Notes: generated from the sequence alone by a model not told the origin. DNA of 64,000 bases from Clostridiales bacterium (GCA_004556395.1 SFHK01000012.1:5299-69298), one strand, 5' to 3'. Numbered from the stretch's first letter, positions 1-10,131 are shown. Numbers and translations: made by a program.

Positions 1-206
1 TGAACCGAAAACTCCTGATTGAGCACGTTGAATTTCGTTTCCACTTCCATCAGCGCGCAGCGATAATATGCCATCAGCTCGCGGTACGGCTGGGCGGTAC
101 GGTCGAGCCACTCGATGCGGCTCATGTCCAGCCCCGCGCCCTGCTGCTGCCTGAGCGCCATTTTTTCAAGGACCGCTTTTTCAAGCGTTTGCTGTGTTGC
201 CTCCAC
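1..206 (-). CDS. small alarmone synthetase-like protein (RelA/SpoT-domain GTP pyrophosphokinase family), N-terminal fragment running off the window
   Basis: Minus-strand reading from GTG 204-206, with GGAGG 6 nt upstream. It gives VEATQQTLEKAVLEKMALRQQQGAGLDMSRIEWLDRTAQPYRELMAYYRCALMEVETKFNVLNQEFSV. This resembles the N-terminal helices of YjbM/YwaC (RelQ/RelP)-type synthetases. It is below the ORF-track length cut-off. Confidence 0.4.
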   Translation of the reverse strand, partial: MEATQQTLEKAVLEKMALRQQQGAGLDMSRIEWLDRTAQPYRELMAYYRCALMEVETKFNVLNQEFSV

Positions 207-450
207 GTCTGCACCTCCGTCGGTTGTTGCAGGGATAAGCTTCGACGTGCGCGGACGAAATTCCTGTTACAGCCGCCGGTTGTTACATTCCTTTCGGTTT
301 CCCGTCACAATCGCGCGAAAGCTCCCTCACGCCAGTATATTTCGCCGCCGCTGCGCGCGATTCCTGCCGTGTAAAAAGTATTCGAACCAATTGGCGCATT
401 CTGCTTTATCTGCTATAATAAAACCGCACAACTCGAAGGAGGGATTCACA

Positions 451-1599
451 ATGGATGATCGCAGCTGGGCAAACAGCGTTCTATCAAAATTAGATGCAAA
501 AATGACCTATGGCGTTCAGAAGGCGCAGACGCTGGACGGTATTCCCTACACCGTACAGGGCAGCGAATGGAAATCCAACGGCATCGGCTGGTGGACGAAC
601 GGCTTCTGGCCGGCGGAAATGTGGCAGATGTATCTGGCCACCGGCAAGGAGCTGTATCGCGCGGAAGCGCTGCGCGCCGAAACGCTGATGGACGAAGCGC
701 TCAAAAATTTCACCCGCCTGCACCATGACGTAGGCTTCCTGTGGCTGATCAACTCCGGCGTGCATTACGCGCTGGACGGCAACGCCGACAGCCTGACCCG
801 TATGCTGTTCGCCGGAAACATCCTCGCCGGACGCTATAACCCCAACGGCTTTATCCGCGCGTGGAACGACAACAACGACGGCACGCGCGCCGGCTGGTCG
901 ATCATCGACACGATGATGAACCTGCCCCTTCTGTACACGATGAGCGCCTACACGCACGATCCGCGCTTCGCGCTGATGGCGAAGTCCCACGCCGATCACG
1001 TGATTCAGAACTTCTTCAAGCCCGACGGCTCCGTGTACCACATCGTGTGCTACAACGCCGAAACCGGCGCCATCGAGGATACGCCCGCCGGACAGGGCTG
1101 CGCGCCCGGCAGCAGCTGGTCTCGCGGACAGTCCTGGGCCATGTACGGCTTCATGCTGAGCTATCTGCACACCGGCGACCGCAGGTACATCGCCGCTTCC
1201 CGCCGCGTGTCCGACTACTTCCTGAGCCATATGCCCGAGGATATGCTCGCGCCCGTGGACTTCTGCCAGAGCGCCGAGCCGCACCTGATCGACAACTGCG
1301 CCAACGGCATCGCCGCCTGCGGCCTGATCGAGCTCGCCAAGGCGATTCAGGACGAAGCGCCCGAAGCCGCCGAGAGCTACATGAACGCCGCCCGCGCCCT
1401 GCTGCGCGCGCTCGACGAGCATTGCGCCGACTGGACGGAGAAGACCCCCGCCGTGCTCACGCACTGCACCAGCGCGTATCACGACGAAGCCGGTCACCAT
1501 ATCGCCATGGACTACGGCGACTACTTCTTCATCGAAGGCGTTCGCAAGCTGGCCGGCGAGACCCGCCTGTTCTGGAAGCCCTTGGACTTCGCGAAATAA
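451..1599 (+). CDS. glycoside hydrolase family 88-like protein (unsaturated glucuronyl hydrolase type)
   Basis: ATG 451 follows GAAGGAGGG. The 382-aa product carries WWTNGFWPAEMW and GQSWAMYGF, typical of GH88/GH105 (alpha/alpha)6 hydrolases. Codons 1-112 of the track ORF (115-450) are Cys/Arg-rich and contain a TTGGCG-17-TATAAT promoter, so they are not coding. Confidence 0.8.
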   Translation: MDDRSWANSVLSKLDAKMTYGVQKAQTLDGIPYTVQGSEWKSNGIGWWTNGFWPAEMWQMYLATGKELYRAEALRAETLMDEALKNFTRLHHDVGFLWLINSGVHYALDGNADSLTRMLFAGNILAGRYNPNGFIRAWNDNNDGTRAGWSIIDTMMNLPLLYTMSAYTHDPRFALMAKSHADHVIQNFFKPDGSVYHIVCYNAETGAIEDTPAGQGCAPGSSWSRGQSWAMYGFMLSYLHTGDRRYIAASRRVSDYFLSHMPEDMLAPVDFCQSAEPHLIDNCANGIAACGLIELAKAIQDEAPEAAESYMNAARALLRALDEHCADWTEKTPAVLTHCTSAYHDEAGHHIAMDYGDYFFIEGVRKLAGETRLFWKPLDFAK

Positions 1600-1617
1600 A
1601 TCCCGTTTATAAATATT

Positions 1618-1659
1618 GGCCGGTACGGCGGAAATTCCGCTTCGTACCGGCCTTTTCTC
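1618..1659. terminator. intrinsic terminator between convergent genes
   Basis: GGCCGGTACGGCGG...CCGC..CGTACCGGCC hairpin followed by TTTTCTC. It sits between the GH88 stop and the ABC exporter stop. Confidence 0.7.
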
Positions 1660-3373
1660 ATTGCGATACCGTATATAGCGCGTAGAAATAGCCCTTTTTC
1701 TCCATCAGCTCTTCGAATTTCCCCGCCTCGTCGATTCGTCCATCCTTCAGAACGTAAATTCGGTCATATCGCCTCAGCAGCGTTTCTTCCAGCGCGTGCG
1801 TTACAATGATGCGCGTCACGTCCGTCAGGTCGAGAAGATCGTTCGTCACCTGATGCGCCGTCTGTGCGTCCAGTGCTGCCGTAGCCTCATCCGCCAGCAG
1901 CACGGACGACCGCTTCAGCAGACAGCGCGCAATGGAAATGCGCTGCTTCTCACCGCCGGACAGACTGTTTCCGTTCTCACCGCAAAGCGAGTCTTCCCCG
2001 CGCCGTGCCAGCAGCTCGCTCAGATGCGCATGCTGAATGGCGCTTTCAAGCCTGTCCTGCGGGAAGTCACGGAACATCGTCACATTGTCGCGGATGGACG
2101 CGTTGAACACGAACACGTTCTGCTGAATCACCGACATCAGCTCATACAGCGATTCCGGCGCCACGCTTCGAATCTCCGTGTCATCCAGATGAATTTTGCC
2201 CCTGTAGTCGGCGCTTCCGGCCATGAGCAGGTGCAGAAGCGTAGATTTTCCGCTGCCGCTGCCGCCCACGATGGCATAGGCCTTCCCGGCTTCAAACTCG
2301 GCGGAAATATCGCGCAGAACGTCCCTTCCGCCGTCATAACCGAAGGACACGCCTTCAAGCGTGATGCCGCGCGTCAGCTTTGAAACTCGCGCGCCTCCCT
2401 CCGGCGCGACGTTCTTCTCCAGCGCCGCCGCCAGCCTGTCGATCAGCCCAAGCGCCGCCTTTCGTCCCGACAGAAGCGACGGCAGCTGCGCGATGGGCGC
2501 AATGACATAGTTCATCAGGTTCACAAACATGATGACCATGCCCGCGGTGACCCCCGCGCCCGTGAGCGCGAGATACGCGCCCGCCAGCAGCACGCCCAGC
2601 TGCGCCGCGACGCCCGCCATCCCGCCGATCAGACTCACCAGCGCCTTCAGGCGCCGGCGGTCAAATTTCTCCTTCTCCAGCGCGCGGTTGCTCTCCGCGA
2701 ACAGGCGCACGATCTCCCGCTCCGCCTTGAAGGTCTTTACCACCGTAAACCCGCTCAGACAATCGGCAAGCGCGGCTGTAAAATCCCGGTTCCGGTCGGA
2801 AACCCGTCGTTCCGCCGCCTGAAGTCGGTTGCCGGTCAGCAGGGACGCGATCATGGGCAGCACTGTCAGCGCCGCGGCGATGGCCGTCAGAAGCGGAGAA
2901 AACCACAGCATCAGCGCAAGCGCTCCGAGAAACTTAACCGCGTTGGTGATCACGCTCAGCTGCTGCGACAGATAATCCGCCTCCACGCTCGCGGCGTCGT
3001 TTGTCAGCGCGGAAAGATAGGTCGCCGTGCTTTCATCCCGAAAGGAGGAAATGCTCTTTTCCGTCAGCTTCTGAAACGCGAAATCCCTGTACTGCCGTAT
3101 GGCCTTTTCTATAAAGCGCGGCTCGAACGCGTAATCCAGCAGCTTAAGCGCCACGCACAGTATCATAAATCCCCCGGTGAGCCACGCGAGCGCGCCCAGC
3201 GGCATGGCGTTGGTCGCGCCGCCTGCCGCGTCGATCAGCTGCTGCATAAGCCATGAAACGATCAGCGCCATAGAGCCTACCGAAAGCGCCGCAAACACGG
3301 AAAACCCGAAAGTCAGCCGGTTTCCCCGATAAAACTGCGCTTTCAACTGGTTTTTCAGCGATTTATTCCGCAT
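1658..3373 (-). CDS. ABC transporter, fused permease/ATP-binding exporter (type I exporter)
   Basis: The N-terminal half is a multi-TM exporter domain. Then come Walker A GGSGSGKST, signature LSGGEKQR and Walker B VLLADEATAALD. Start taken at M34 of the track ORF (ATG 3371-3373, AGGAG 10 nt upstream). Confidence 0.9.
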   Translation of the reverse strand: MRNKSLKNQLKAQFYRGNRLTFGFSVFAALSVGSMALIVSWLMQQLIDAAGGATNAMPLGALAWLTGGFMILCVALKLLDYAFEPRFIEKAIRQYRDFAFQKLTEKSISSFRDESTATYLSALTNDAASVEADYLSQQLSVITNAVKFLGALALMLWFSPLLTAIAAALTVLPMIASLLTGNRLQAAERRVSDRNRDFTAALADCLSGFTVVKTFKAEREIVRLFAESNRALEKEKFDRRRLKALVSLIGGMAGVAAQLGVLLAGAYLALTGAGVTAGMVIMFVNLMNYVIAPIAQLPSLLSGRKAALGLIDRLAAALEKNVAPEGGARVSKLTRGITLEGVSFGYDGGRDVLRDISAEFEAGKAYAIVGGSGSGKSTLLHLLMAGSADYRGKIHLDDTEIRSVAPESLYELMSVIQQNVFVFNASIRDNVTMFRDFPQDRLESAIQHAHLSELLARRGEDSLCGENGNSLSGGEKQRISIARCLLKRSSVLLADEATAALDAQTAHQVTNDLLDLTDVTRIIVTHALEETLLRRYDRIYVLKDGRIDEAGKFEELMEKKGYFYALYTVSQ

Positions 3374-4436
3374 TCTTATCCAACTCCTGCCATATTTCGT
3401 GCAGTTCCTCTCCACCAAGAGAGGCAACGGTTTCGCGAACGCCCTCCATGGCCGTGGCGCCGATGTCGTCATAGAAGCCCTTTTGTCTGTCGTTCACAAT
3501 AAACCGAAGCGCGCCAATCCGATAATCCGGCTCGGCGTCAAATCGCGCCGCCAATGCGCGGGCGCAGCGCAGCGCTTCCGCCGCACCCTCCCGATCCCCG
3601 AACTTCATCCTTGCGCACGCCAGACAGACCAGAAGCACGCCGTTCAGCTTGTCCACAAAGCACGGCGTGTTTCCGCCCCTGAGCCCATCGAAAACGCCGA
3701 TTCCCCAGTTCAGAATCGCCTTCGCCGAATCGTACTCCTTTTGCAGAAAATACGCGTTCGTATAGCCCATAATCGTGCGCATGAGCATGACCGTGCTCTT
3801 CATCAGCGCGTCGGAGAGAAACGGCAGCGCTTCATCCGGCCGTTTGCAGGCGGTCAGCATCCAGCCGATCAGATCGTCATAGACGCCGCCCGCGTTGTGG
3901 CGCTTCAAAAGCGCCAGCGCCTCCTCCGTTTCGCCCAGCAGCATTCGCATCTTTGCCATTTCACCGCAAATCGTGCTCTCGCTGATGCGCGGGTCGGTAT
4001 TCTGCGAAAGCAGCCGCCGCGCCGCCTCGTACCGCTCAAGTCCCCGGCGCAGAAGCGCGCGATCCCGATTTTCCACGCTGAACAGCAAATCCATCCTTGC
4101 TGCGTGGTATACCACGTCAAACGCGTTCGGATACTTCTTTAGCGCCTTCTCCGCCTCCGCAAGCCCCGCGCGATCCTTCCGATACGCATAGTCCTTCAGC
4201 CGCTCCACCGTCGCCCGCAGGCGATTGTCCTTCATTTCGTAGCCAAGCAGCACATCCACCGACGTGTCGAAGAAGTCCGCCAGCTCCATAATCAGGCTCA
4301 GCTCCGGCAGCGACAGCTTCGCTTCCCATTTGTACACCGCGCCAACCGTCACGCCCAGTACCTCGGCAAGCTGCTCCTGCGTCAGCCCCCGTTCTTTCCG
4401 GAATACGCGAATGTTCTCCGCAAGCCTGTTCGTCAT
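3363..4436 (-). CDS. XRE-family HTH transcriptional regulator with large helical TPR-like C-terminal domain
   Basis: N-terminus RKERGLTQEQLAEVLGVTVGAVYKWE is an HTH_XRE. The remaining ~290 aa are all-helical repeats. The stop overlaps the exporter start by 11 nt. Confidence 0.85.
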   Translation of the reverse strand: MTNRLAENIRVFRKERGLTQEQLAEVLGVTVGAVYKWEAKLSLPELSLIMELADFFDTSVDVLLGYEMKDNRLRATVERLKDYAYRKDRAGLAEAEKALKKYPNAFDVVYHAARMDLLFSVENRDRALLRRGLERYEAARRLLSQNTDPRISESTICGEMAKMRMLLGETEEALALLKRHNAGGVYDDLIGWMLTACKRPDEALPFLSDALMKSTVMLMRTIMGYTNAYFLQKEYDSAKAILNWGIGVFDGLRGGNTPCFVDKLNGVLLVCLACARMKFGDREGAAEALRCARALAARFDAEPDYRIGALRFIVNDRQKGFYDDIGATAMEGVRETVASLGGEELHEIWQELDKNAE

Positions 4437-4527
4437 ACAAAAAGCTCCCTCCTGCTCGTATGCATCGATTATAGCAGGAAGAAGCGCAAATGTGAACGCA
4501 CAATCCGTACGGGTCGTATTCTATTTT

Positions 4528-5364
4528 TTATACCTCTGGTATGGATTTCAGGCTTTCGCCCGTGTGAAACTCGCGCAGCCGTTCACCCAGAATGGGCTTC
4601 ATCTGCTCGCAGGCCTTCCGCCCCGTGCAATGGCAGGTATAATACACGCTGCCCGTCCGCTTCAGCGCTTCCGCCGTCCGGCGGATATACTCCGGCTTCT
4701 CATAGCGGCGCGTGGGCGGGTTATACAGATGGAAGCCGCCGATAATGGCATTCATTCCCGCGCCCGCGACCGTCTCCGCCCTTCTCTGGATATTGACGAT
4801 TCCCGCGTGCGAACAGCCGCTGAACAGAATTCGCTTTCCGTCCACGGTAAGAATCAGGCTCTGCTCATGCGCGAAATCGTCCCGCACAAGCCCGCCCGGC
4901 TTCCTCATGAACAGCTTCGTGTCGGAGGCCGGCAGCGGCATATCGCCTTTTACCTCTGAAAACACGGTCAGCTCGTCGTCGATCACCGTCTCCGCCTGCG
5001 TGAACACAAATCGATCGCCATGAACGAGCTTCGAATCCATCCCGGCGTTGAACGGAACGCCCAGCACCTTTATATAGTGCGGCTCCGTCGCCGACGGGCG
5101 CAGATAAATCCTTGCCCGGTCGTTCGCGGACAGGAACGCTTCCAGCCCGCCCGCGTGGTCGACATGTCCGTGCGACAGAATCACCGTGTCCACCGCCGCA
5201 ATGTCCACGCCCAGCTTCGCGGCGTTTTCAAGGAACAGCCTGTTCGGCCCCACGTCAAACAGCACCTTATGCTTTCCCGTTTCAAGATACAAACTCAGCC
5301 CATGCCTGCTTTCGCACGCGGGCGCCGCCGACGAATTTTCCACCAGCGCAGCCACTCGAAACAT
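4528..5364 (-). CDS. MBL-fold metallo-hydrolase
   Basis: SHGHVDHAGG (HxHxDH) motif and further His/Asp ligands. Start taken at M19 (MFRVAALVEN), with an AAGGGTG RBS and a TTGACA-17-TATCAT promoter upstream. Confidence 0.8.
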   Translation of the reverse strand: MFRVAALVENSSAAPACESRHGLSLYLETGKHKVLFDVGPNRLFLENAAKLGVDIAAVDTVILSHGHVDHAGGLEAFLSANDRARIYLRPSATEPHYIKVLGVPFNAGMDSKLVHGDRFVFTQAETVIDDELTVFSEVKGDMPLPASDTKLFMRKPGGLVRDDFAHEQSLILTVDGKRILFSGCSHAGIVNIQRRAETVAGAGMNAIIGGFHLYNPPTRRYEKPEYIRRTAEALKRTGSVYYTCHCTGRKACEQMKPILGERLREFHTGESLKSIPEV

Positions 5365-5418
5365 TTCATTCACCCTTTCCGTGTGCGCTATGATACGCAA
5401 AAAGCGGGCGTTTGTCAA

Positions 5419-5449
5419 GCAAAAAGGCCACTCCGCTCGGGAATGGCCC
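5419..5449 (-). terminator. intrinsic terminator after the opp-type ATPase gene
   Basis: On the minus strand: GGCCATTC..GAGTGGCC hairpin with one mismatch, followed by TTTTTGC. Confidence 0.5.
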
Positions 5450-5463
5450 TCAAATGCTTGGGC

Positions 5464-7542
5464 TTATGCCTGCTTTTCAATCTGCTCGCGATAACCGTCC
5501 AGCTCGCGCTCGTTGCCGTACACGAAATGGTCGGGCAGAATCTCGCACCACGTGGGCTTATCCACGCTGTAATCGTGCACGCTCGGGTCGTACACCAGCA
5601 GCTTCTTCTCGCGCTCCAGATACGGATTCGGATTGGGCACGGCGGAAAGCAGCGCCTGCGTGTAGGGATGCAGCGGATGCCGGAACAGCTCCTCGGCCTC
5701 GGCCAGCTCCACGATGCGTCCCTTGTGGATGACGGCGATGCGGTCGGAAATGAAGCGCACAACCGACAGATCGTGGGCGATGAACAGATAGGTAAGCCCC
5801 CTGTTCTTCTTGAGGTCGTTGAGCAGGTTCAGCACCTGTGCGCGGATGGATACGTCCAGCGCCGAGATCGGCTCGTCGGCCACGATGAACTCCGGACGCA
5901 TGATCAGGCTGCGCGCGATGCCGATGCGCTGACGCTGACCGCCCGAGAATTCGTGCGGGAAGCGGCTGGAGAACTCCGGCAGCAAACCGACCTCTTCCAG
6001 CGCCTTCTTCACCTGCTCCTGCCTGTCCTTCTGATCCTTGTACAGGTGGTGGTTGTACAGACCCTCGGAGATGATGTAGTCCACCTTCGCGCGCTCGTTC
6101 AGCGACGCCATCGGATCCTGGAAGATCATCTGGCACTTGCGGATGACGTTCAGATCCTGCTCCTTGGAAATTTTTCCGCTGATTCGCTCGCCGCGATATA
6201 GCACTTCGCCCGCCGTAATCGGATTGATGCGCACGATCGCGCGGCCGATCGTCGTTTTGCCGGAGCCGGACTCGCCGACCAGCGAGAACGTTTCGCCCTT
6301 GTAGATCGTGAAATTCACGTCATCCACGGCGACGAACTTCTTACGTCCCGCGCCGAAGGTGACCTGAAGGTTCTTCACCTCCACCAGCGGCTCGCGGTTC
6401 GGGTCGCGATGCGGATGCGCGATGCCCTCCGCACAGTCGGGATTCTTCGCGTTCGCGCTCATCTTGCGAATGCTGTCCGGCTGCTCAAGCTTGGGCGCGC
6501 GCGGGTCGAGCATCCACGTCTTTGCCTGATGCGTAGGCGTTACGTCGAACATCGGCGGCTCCTCAAGGAAGTCGATGTTCAGCGCCTTGCGGTTTCTGGG
6601 CGCGAACGAGTCGCCGACCACGCGGTTGAACAGGTTCGGCGGCGTTCCGTCGATGGCAGGCAGCTTTTCGCCCTTTACGCCCAGCTGCGGCAGCGCCGAC
6701 AAAAGCGCCCATGTATAGGGATGACGCGGGTCGAAGAAGATTTCCTGCACCATGCCGATCTCGATAATCTGCCCCGCGTACATGACCGCCACGCGGTCGG
6801 CCACGTTGGCGACGACGCCCAGATCGTGCGTGATGTAGATGATCGTCATGTGCTTTTCCCGCTGCAACTTGCGGATGAGCTCCAGAATCTGCGCCTGAAT
6901 TGTCACGTCCAGCGCCGTCGTGGGCTCATCGCAGATCAGAATCTGCGGGTTGCACGCCACGGCAATGGCGATCACGACGCGCTGACGCATGCCGCCGGAA
7001 AACTCGTGCGGGTACTGGTTGTAGCGCTTAGCGGGCTCCGGAATGCCGACCAGATCGAGAAGGCGAATCGCCTCAGCCTTGGCCTCGCGGCCGTGCAGGT
7101 TCTGGTTCAGCTCGATGGCCTCGCGAATCTGCGCGCCGATTTTCCTCAGCGGGTTCAGGCTCGTCATCGGGTCCTGCGTGACCATGGCAATCTTCTTGCC
7201 GCGGATGGTGCGCCACTGCGATTCGGTGGTATACTTGGCCAGATCCTTGCCGTCGTACAGGATGGAGCCGCCGGTCACGGAGCCGTTTTTGTCCAGCATG
7301 CCGACAAACGTCTTTGTGAACACCGACTTGCCCGAGCCGCTCTCGCCCACGATGGCCAGCGTCTCGCCGTCATACAGGTCGAGCGAGCAGCGGCGAATGG
7401 CGTTCAGCTTCTGGCCGCGCAGGGTGAACTGCACCTCCAGATCCTTCACGGAGAGAATCGGCTCCGTGCTCAGCACCTGCTGCGCGCGCTTTTTGAATTC
7501 CTGATCCAGAGAGGCGTTCTGAATGCTTCTGCTTTCTGCCAT
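5464..7542 (-). CDS. peptide/nickel-type ABC transporter ATP-binding protein, fused double ATPase (OppD-OppF-like)
   Basis: Two complete ABC domains in one chain: Walker A GESGSGKS twice, signatures FSGGMRQR and [11 protein letters not shown] 7540-7542 lies 7 nt after GGGAGGGG. The track start is a TTG two codons upstream. Confidence 0.9.
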   Translation of the reverse strand: MAESRSIQNASLDQEFKKRAQQVLSTEPILSVKDLEVQFTLRGQKLNAIRRCSLDLYDGETLAIVGESGSGKSVFTKTFVGMLDKNGSVTGGSILYDGKDLAKYTTESQWRTIRGKKIAMVTQDPMTSLNPLRKIGAQIREAIELNQNLHGREAKAEAIRLLDLVGIPEPAKRYNQYPHEFSGGMRQRVVIAIAVACNPQILICDEPTTALDVTIQAQILELIRKLQREKHMTIIYITHDLGVVANVADRVAVMYAGQIIEIGMVQEIFFDPRHPYTWALLSALPQLGVKGEKLPAIDGTPPNLFNRVVGDSFAPRNRKALNIDFLEEPPMFDVTPTHQAKTWMLDPRAPKLEQPDSIRKMSANAKNPDCAEGIAHPHRDPNREPLVEVKNLQVTFGAGRKKFVAVDDVNFTIYKGETFSLVGESGSGKTTIGRAIVRINPITAGEVLYRGERISGKISKEQDLNVIRKCQMIFQDPMASLNERAKVDYIISEGLYNHHLYKDQKDRQEQVKKALEEVGLLPEFSSRFPHEFSGGQRQRIGIARSLIMRPEFIVADEPISALDVSIRAQVLNLLNDLKKNRGLTYLFIAHDLSVVRFISDRIAVIHKGRIVELAEAEELFRHPLHPYTQALLSAVPNPNPYLEREKKLLVYDPSVHDYSVDKPTWCEILPDHFVYGNERELDGYREQIEKQA

Positions 7543-7557
7543 TTTCAAGCCCCTCCC

Positions 7558-8694
7558 TTACACATGGTTGCGCGGGTCGCACGCATCGGAGAACGCGTTG
7601 CCCACAAGGTAGAACGTAACGGTGATCAGCGTCACAATCGCCGCCGGGAACACGAGCAGATACGGATAGGACATGAAGTTGCTGCGCGCGTCGCGGAGCA
7701 GGATGCCCAGAGACGGCGTGGAGATGTCCAGAAGTCCCAGATACGAAAGCGTGGTCTCATAAGCGATAATGCCCGGGATGGACAGCGCCAGTCTCAGCAC
7801 GATTACGCTGATCAGGTACGGGAAAATGTTCTTGGTGAGGATGCGCCACAGTCCCGTTCCCAGACAGCGGGAAGCGAGGTTGTACTCGCGGTCACGGTAC
7901 ATGAACACCAGATTGCGGATGTTTCGCGCCGTGCCCAGCCAGTAGAACGCGATCATGGCCACCGCCATAACAAGCGTGCTCTTGCCGATCATCAGGGCGA
8001 TCAGCGTCATGTAGATAATCGTGGGAATGTTGTCAATGAAGTTGTACAGCTCGGTAAAGAACCGATCCAGCTTGCGCACATAGCCCCACAGAAGGCCGAT
8101 GATCACGCCCACCAGAATCTGTCCGATGGAAACCGAAACCGACAGGATGATCGACGTGCGCGTGGCGCTCCATATCTGGCACCAGTAGTCGCAGCCGATG
8201 GAGTCCGTTCCGAACCAGTACTCCGAGTTGGGCGAGGTGAACATCTTCGACATATCCGCGTGATCCACGCGCACCGTCGCCGCGTCGTACTTGCTGAACG
8301 TGGGCGCGATAAACGTGAACGCAATCAGCAGGATGAACACGATGGCCATGCACACGGCGGTTTTCTTCTTGATGAAGTTGCGCCACACGCTCTTCCAGTA
8401 GGAATAGTTGGAATAGCCGATGCGCTCCGCTTCCTGCGAATGATACTCGGCAAACTGGAACAGCTGCTTCTCGGGCATACGGCTTCTGGAACGCGAATGG
8501 ACGCTGCCCTTGTTGTACTTCTTGTCCAAGTTCGTTTCCACCGCGCTCAGATCGGCGTCCAGCTTCACGCTTTTGGTGTTCTCGTCCGGCCCGAAGCCCT
8601 CCATCTCCTCTTCGCTGTTCGTGATGGGAAGCTCGCTCTGGGCCTCTACCTCGCTCTTAATGGTATTGATGTCCAAGTCCTTATGCTTCGCCAT
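7558..8694 (-). CDS. ABC transporter permease (OppC/DppC-like) with ~100-aa acidic N-terminal extension
   Basis: C-terminal ~270 aa is a typical BPD_transp_1 permease core. The N-terminal ~100 aa is hydrophilic and acidic (MAKHKDLDINTIKSEVEAQSELPITNSEEEMEGFGPDEN...). The start overlaps the upstream stop by 1 nt. Confidence 0.9.
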   Translation of the reverse strand: MAKHKDLDINTIKSEVEAQSELPITNSEEEMEGFGPDENTKSVKLDADLSAVETNLDKKYNKGSVHSRSRSRMPEKQLFQFAEYHSQEAERIGYSNYSYWKSVWRNFIKKKTAVCMAIVFILLIAFTFIAPTFSKYDAATVRVDHADMSKMFTSPNSEYWFGTDSIGCDYWCQIWSATRTSIILSVSVSIGQILVGVIIGLLWGYVRKLDRFFTELYNFIDNIPTIIYMTLIALMIGKSTLVMAVAMIAFYWLGTARNIRNLVFMYRDREYNLASRCLGTGLWRILTKNIFPYLISVIVLRLALSIPGIIAYETTLSYLGLLDISTPSLGILLRDARSNFMSYPYLLVFPAAIVTLITVTFYLVGNAFSDACDPRNHV

Positions 8695-10004
8695 TATCTC
8701 GCGCCTCCTTTTTCGGTCAGGCGGATTCGCGGATCCAGTATCATCATCAGCACGTCGCCCAGGAACAGACCCAGAATACCCAGCGACGCGTACAGGCTGA
8801 CAACCGCCAGCACCAGGTTCGTGTCATATTTCGCGATAGCGTCCGGCAGAAGGTTTCCGAGACCCGGCACGCCGAACATCTTCTCCACCAGGATGGAGCC
8901 GCCAACCGTCAAAAGCACGGAGTACGGCAGGTACTGCGCCAGCGGGAGGAACGCGTTTTTCATCACGTGCCGGAACATGACCTGCGTGGCGGACATGCCC
9001 TTGAGCTTGGCCAGACGGATGTAATCCTTGTTCAGCTCATCCACCATGTAGCGGCGCATCCACAGCATGTAGCTCGCGATCGAGCCCATGGAGAGCGACA
9101 CAATCGGCAGAACGGCCGAGCGGCTGTCCGTGATCGTGTACTGACTTGGCAGCTTGAACAGCCTCGCGCCCACGACCATGACGATGAAATACGTAACCAG
9201 ATGCGGCACGGCGTTGATGAAAATGGTGAAGCCCTGACCGATGCCGTCAAACAGACCGTCCTTGTAGCGCGCCTGCAGGATGCCCAGCGTCACGCCGATA
9301 ACCAGCGCGATGGCCAGCGCAATCAGGCCGATGCGCATCGAAACGCCAATCTTGGAAGCAATAATTTCTGTAACGGGAACGCCCGTCTGCACGCGGTGCG
9401 AATTGCCGAAGTTCAGCCACACGCGCATGTGCGTCAGGTAGTCCCAAGTATTTTCTGTCTTTTCATCCTTCACCGTCACTTCCTTGCCGGCCTTGCGAAC
9501 GGAGAAGGTGCCGCTGTGCTCGCCGCAGGTAAGCAGATAGTTGACCTTCTTTTCGATGGTCATATCCGTTTTGGCGAGAACGGTCTTCGGGTTGTCGGGA
9601 GATACGCTGACCTCCGTGAACGCAAACACGGGCGTATCCTCGGTTTCCGGCGCGTTTTTCTGCATCCGAATCTGCTCCGGCTTCAGCTTTGCCGCGTCGG
9701 ACGCGTTCTTCAGCGTAATAATCAGCGTGTTATCGTCCGCCATATCCACGGACTCAAAATAGTGCGCCCGATGCTCGGACTTGACGAGATTCTTATAGAA
9801 GCGCGCAAGCTGCACGAACGGGCTGTCGAGATAGCCGTCCGCCTTCAGGATCGCCTGCTGCTGCTCCTTCGTCAGCTTGATCAGCTGCTCCTCCGTGAAG
9901 TAGTAATCTGTGGGCAGAAGTCTCATAAGCAGAAAGACCGCTGATACCACCAGGAAAATCGTAAACAGCGACTGAAACAGGCGCTTGACGGTGTATTTGA
10001 ACAT
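8694..10004 (-). CDS. ABC transporter permease (OppB/DppB-like) with enlarged extracytoplasmic loop
   Basis: 436 aa. TM1 (LFTIFLVVSAVFLLMRLLP) is followed by a ~195-aa hydrophilic segment before the next TM (IGLIALAIALVIGVTLGIL). The C-terminal part is a normal OppB-type core. Confidence 0.9.
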   Translation of the reverse strand: MFKYTVKRLFQSLFTIFLVVSAVFLLMRLLPTDYYFTEEQLIKLTKEQQQAILKADGYLDSPFVQLARFYKNLVKSEHRAHYFESVDMADDNTLIITLKNASDAAKLKPEQIRMQKNAPETEDTPVFAFTEVSVSPDNPKTVLAKTDMTIEKKVNYLLTCGEHSGTFSVRKAGKEVTVKDEKTENTWDYLTHMRVWLNFGNSHRVQTGVPVTEIIASKIGVSMRIGLIALAIALVIGVTLGILQARYKDGLFDGIGQGFTIFINAVPHLVTYFIVMVVGARLFKLPSQYTITDSRSAVLPIVSLSMGSIASYMLWMRRYMVDELNKDYIRLAKLKGMSATQVMFRHVMKNAFLPLAQYLPYSVLLTVGGSILVEKMFGVPGLGNLLPDAIAKYDTNLVLAVVSLYASLGILGLFLGDVLMMILDPRIRLTEKGGAR

Positions 10005-10131
10005 TCAGCCATCCCCTTTTTCATGCCGTTTCCTCTGAGCTTTTCAAAAGCGGCACAGTGGTTTGAATAGACGAAAGAGACGGCTTCCGGAAGAAAGCCG
10101 CCCCTTCCGCTTGGGTTACCGGTGATTTCGA

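Noticed and set aside
115-450. N-terminal 112 codons of the 494-aa track ORF
   Set aside because: - The region is Cys/Arg/Ser-rich and non-protein-like.
- It contains a promoter and an RBS for the ATG at 451, where GH88 similarity begins.
4437-4527. Small signalling-peptide ORF next to the XRE-TPR regulator
   Set aside because: - The gap is 90 nt and holds only the regulator's promoter (TTCACA-17-TATAAT) and RBS.
- No short ORF with an RBS is present on either strand.
6409-9024. 871-aa plus-strand ORF, plus other long ORFs opposite the opp-type genes
   Set aside because: - It is antisense to four genes that carry clear ABC motifs.
- The product is dominated by R/H/A/G/L/V runs with no motifs.
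- This is the typical shadow ORF of high-GC DNA.
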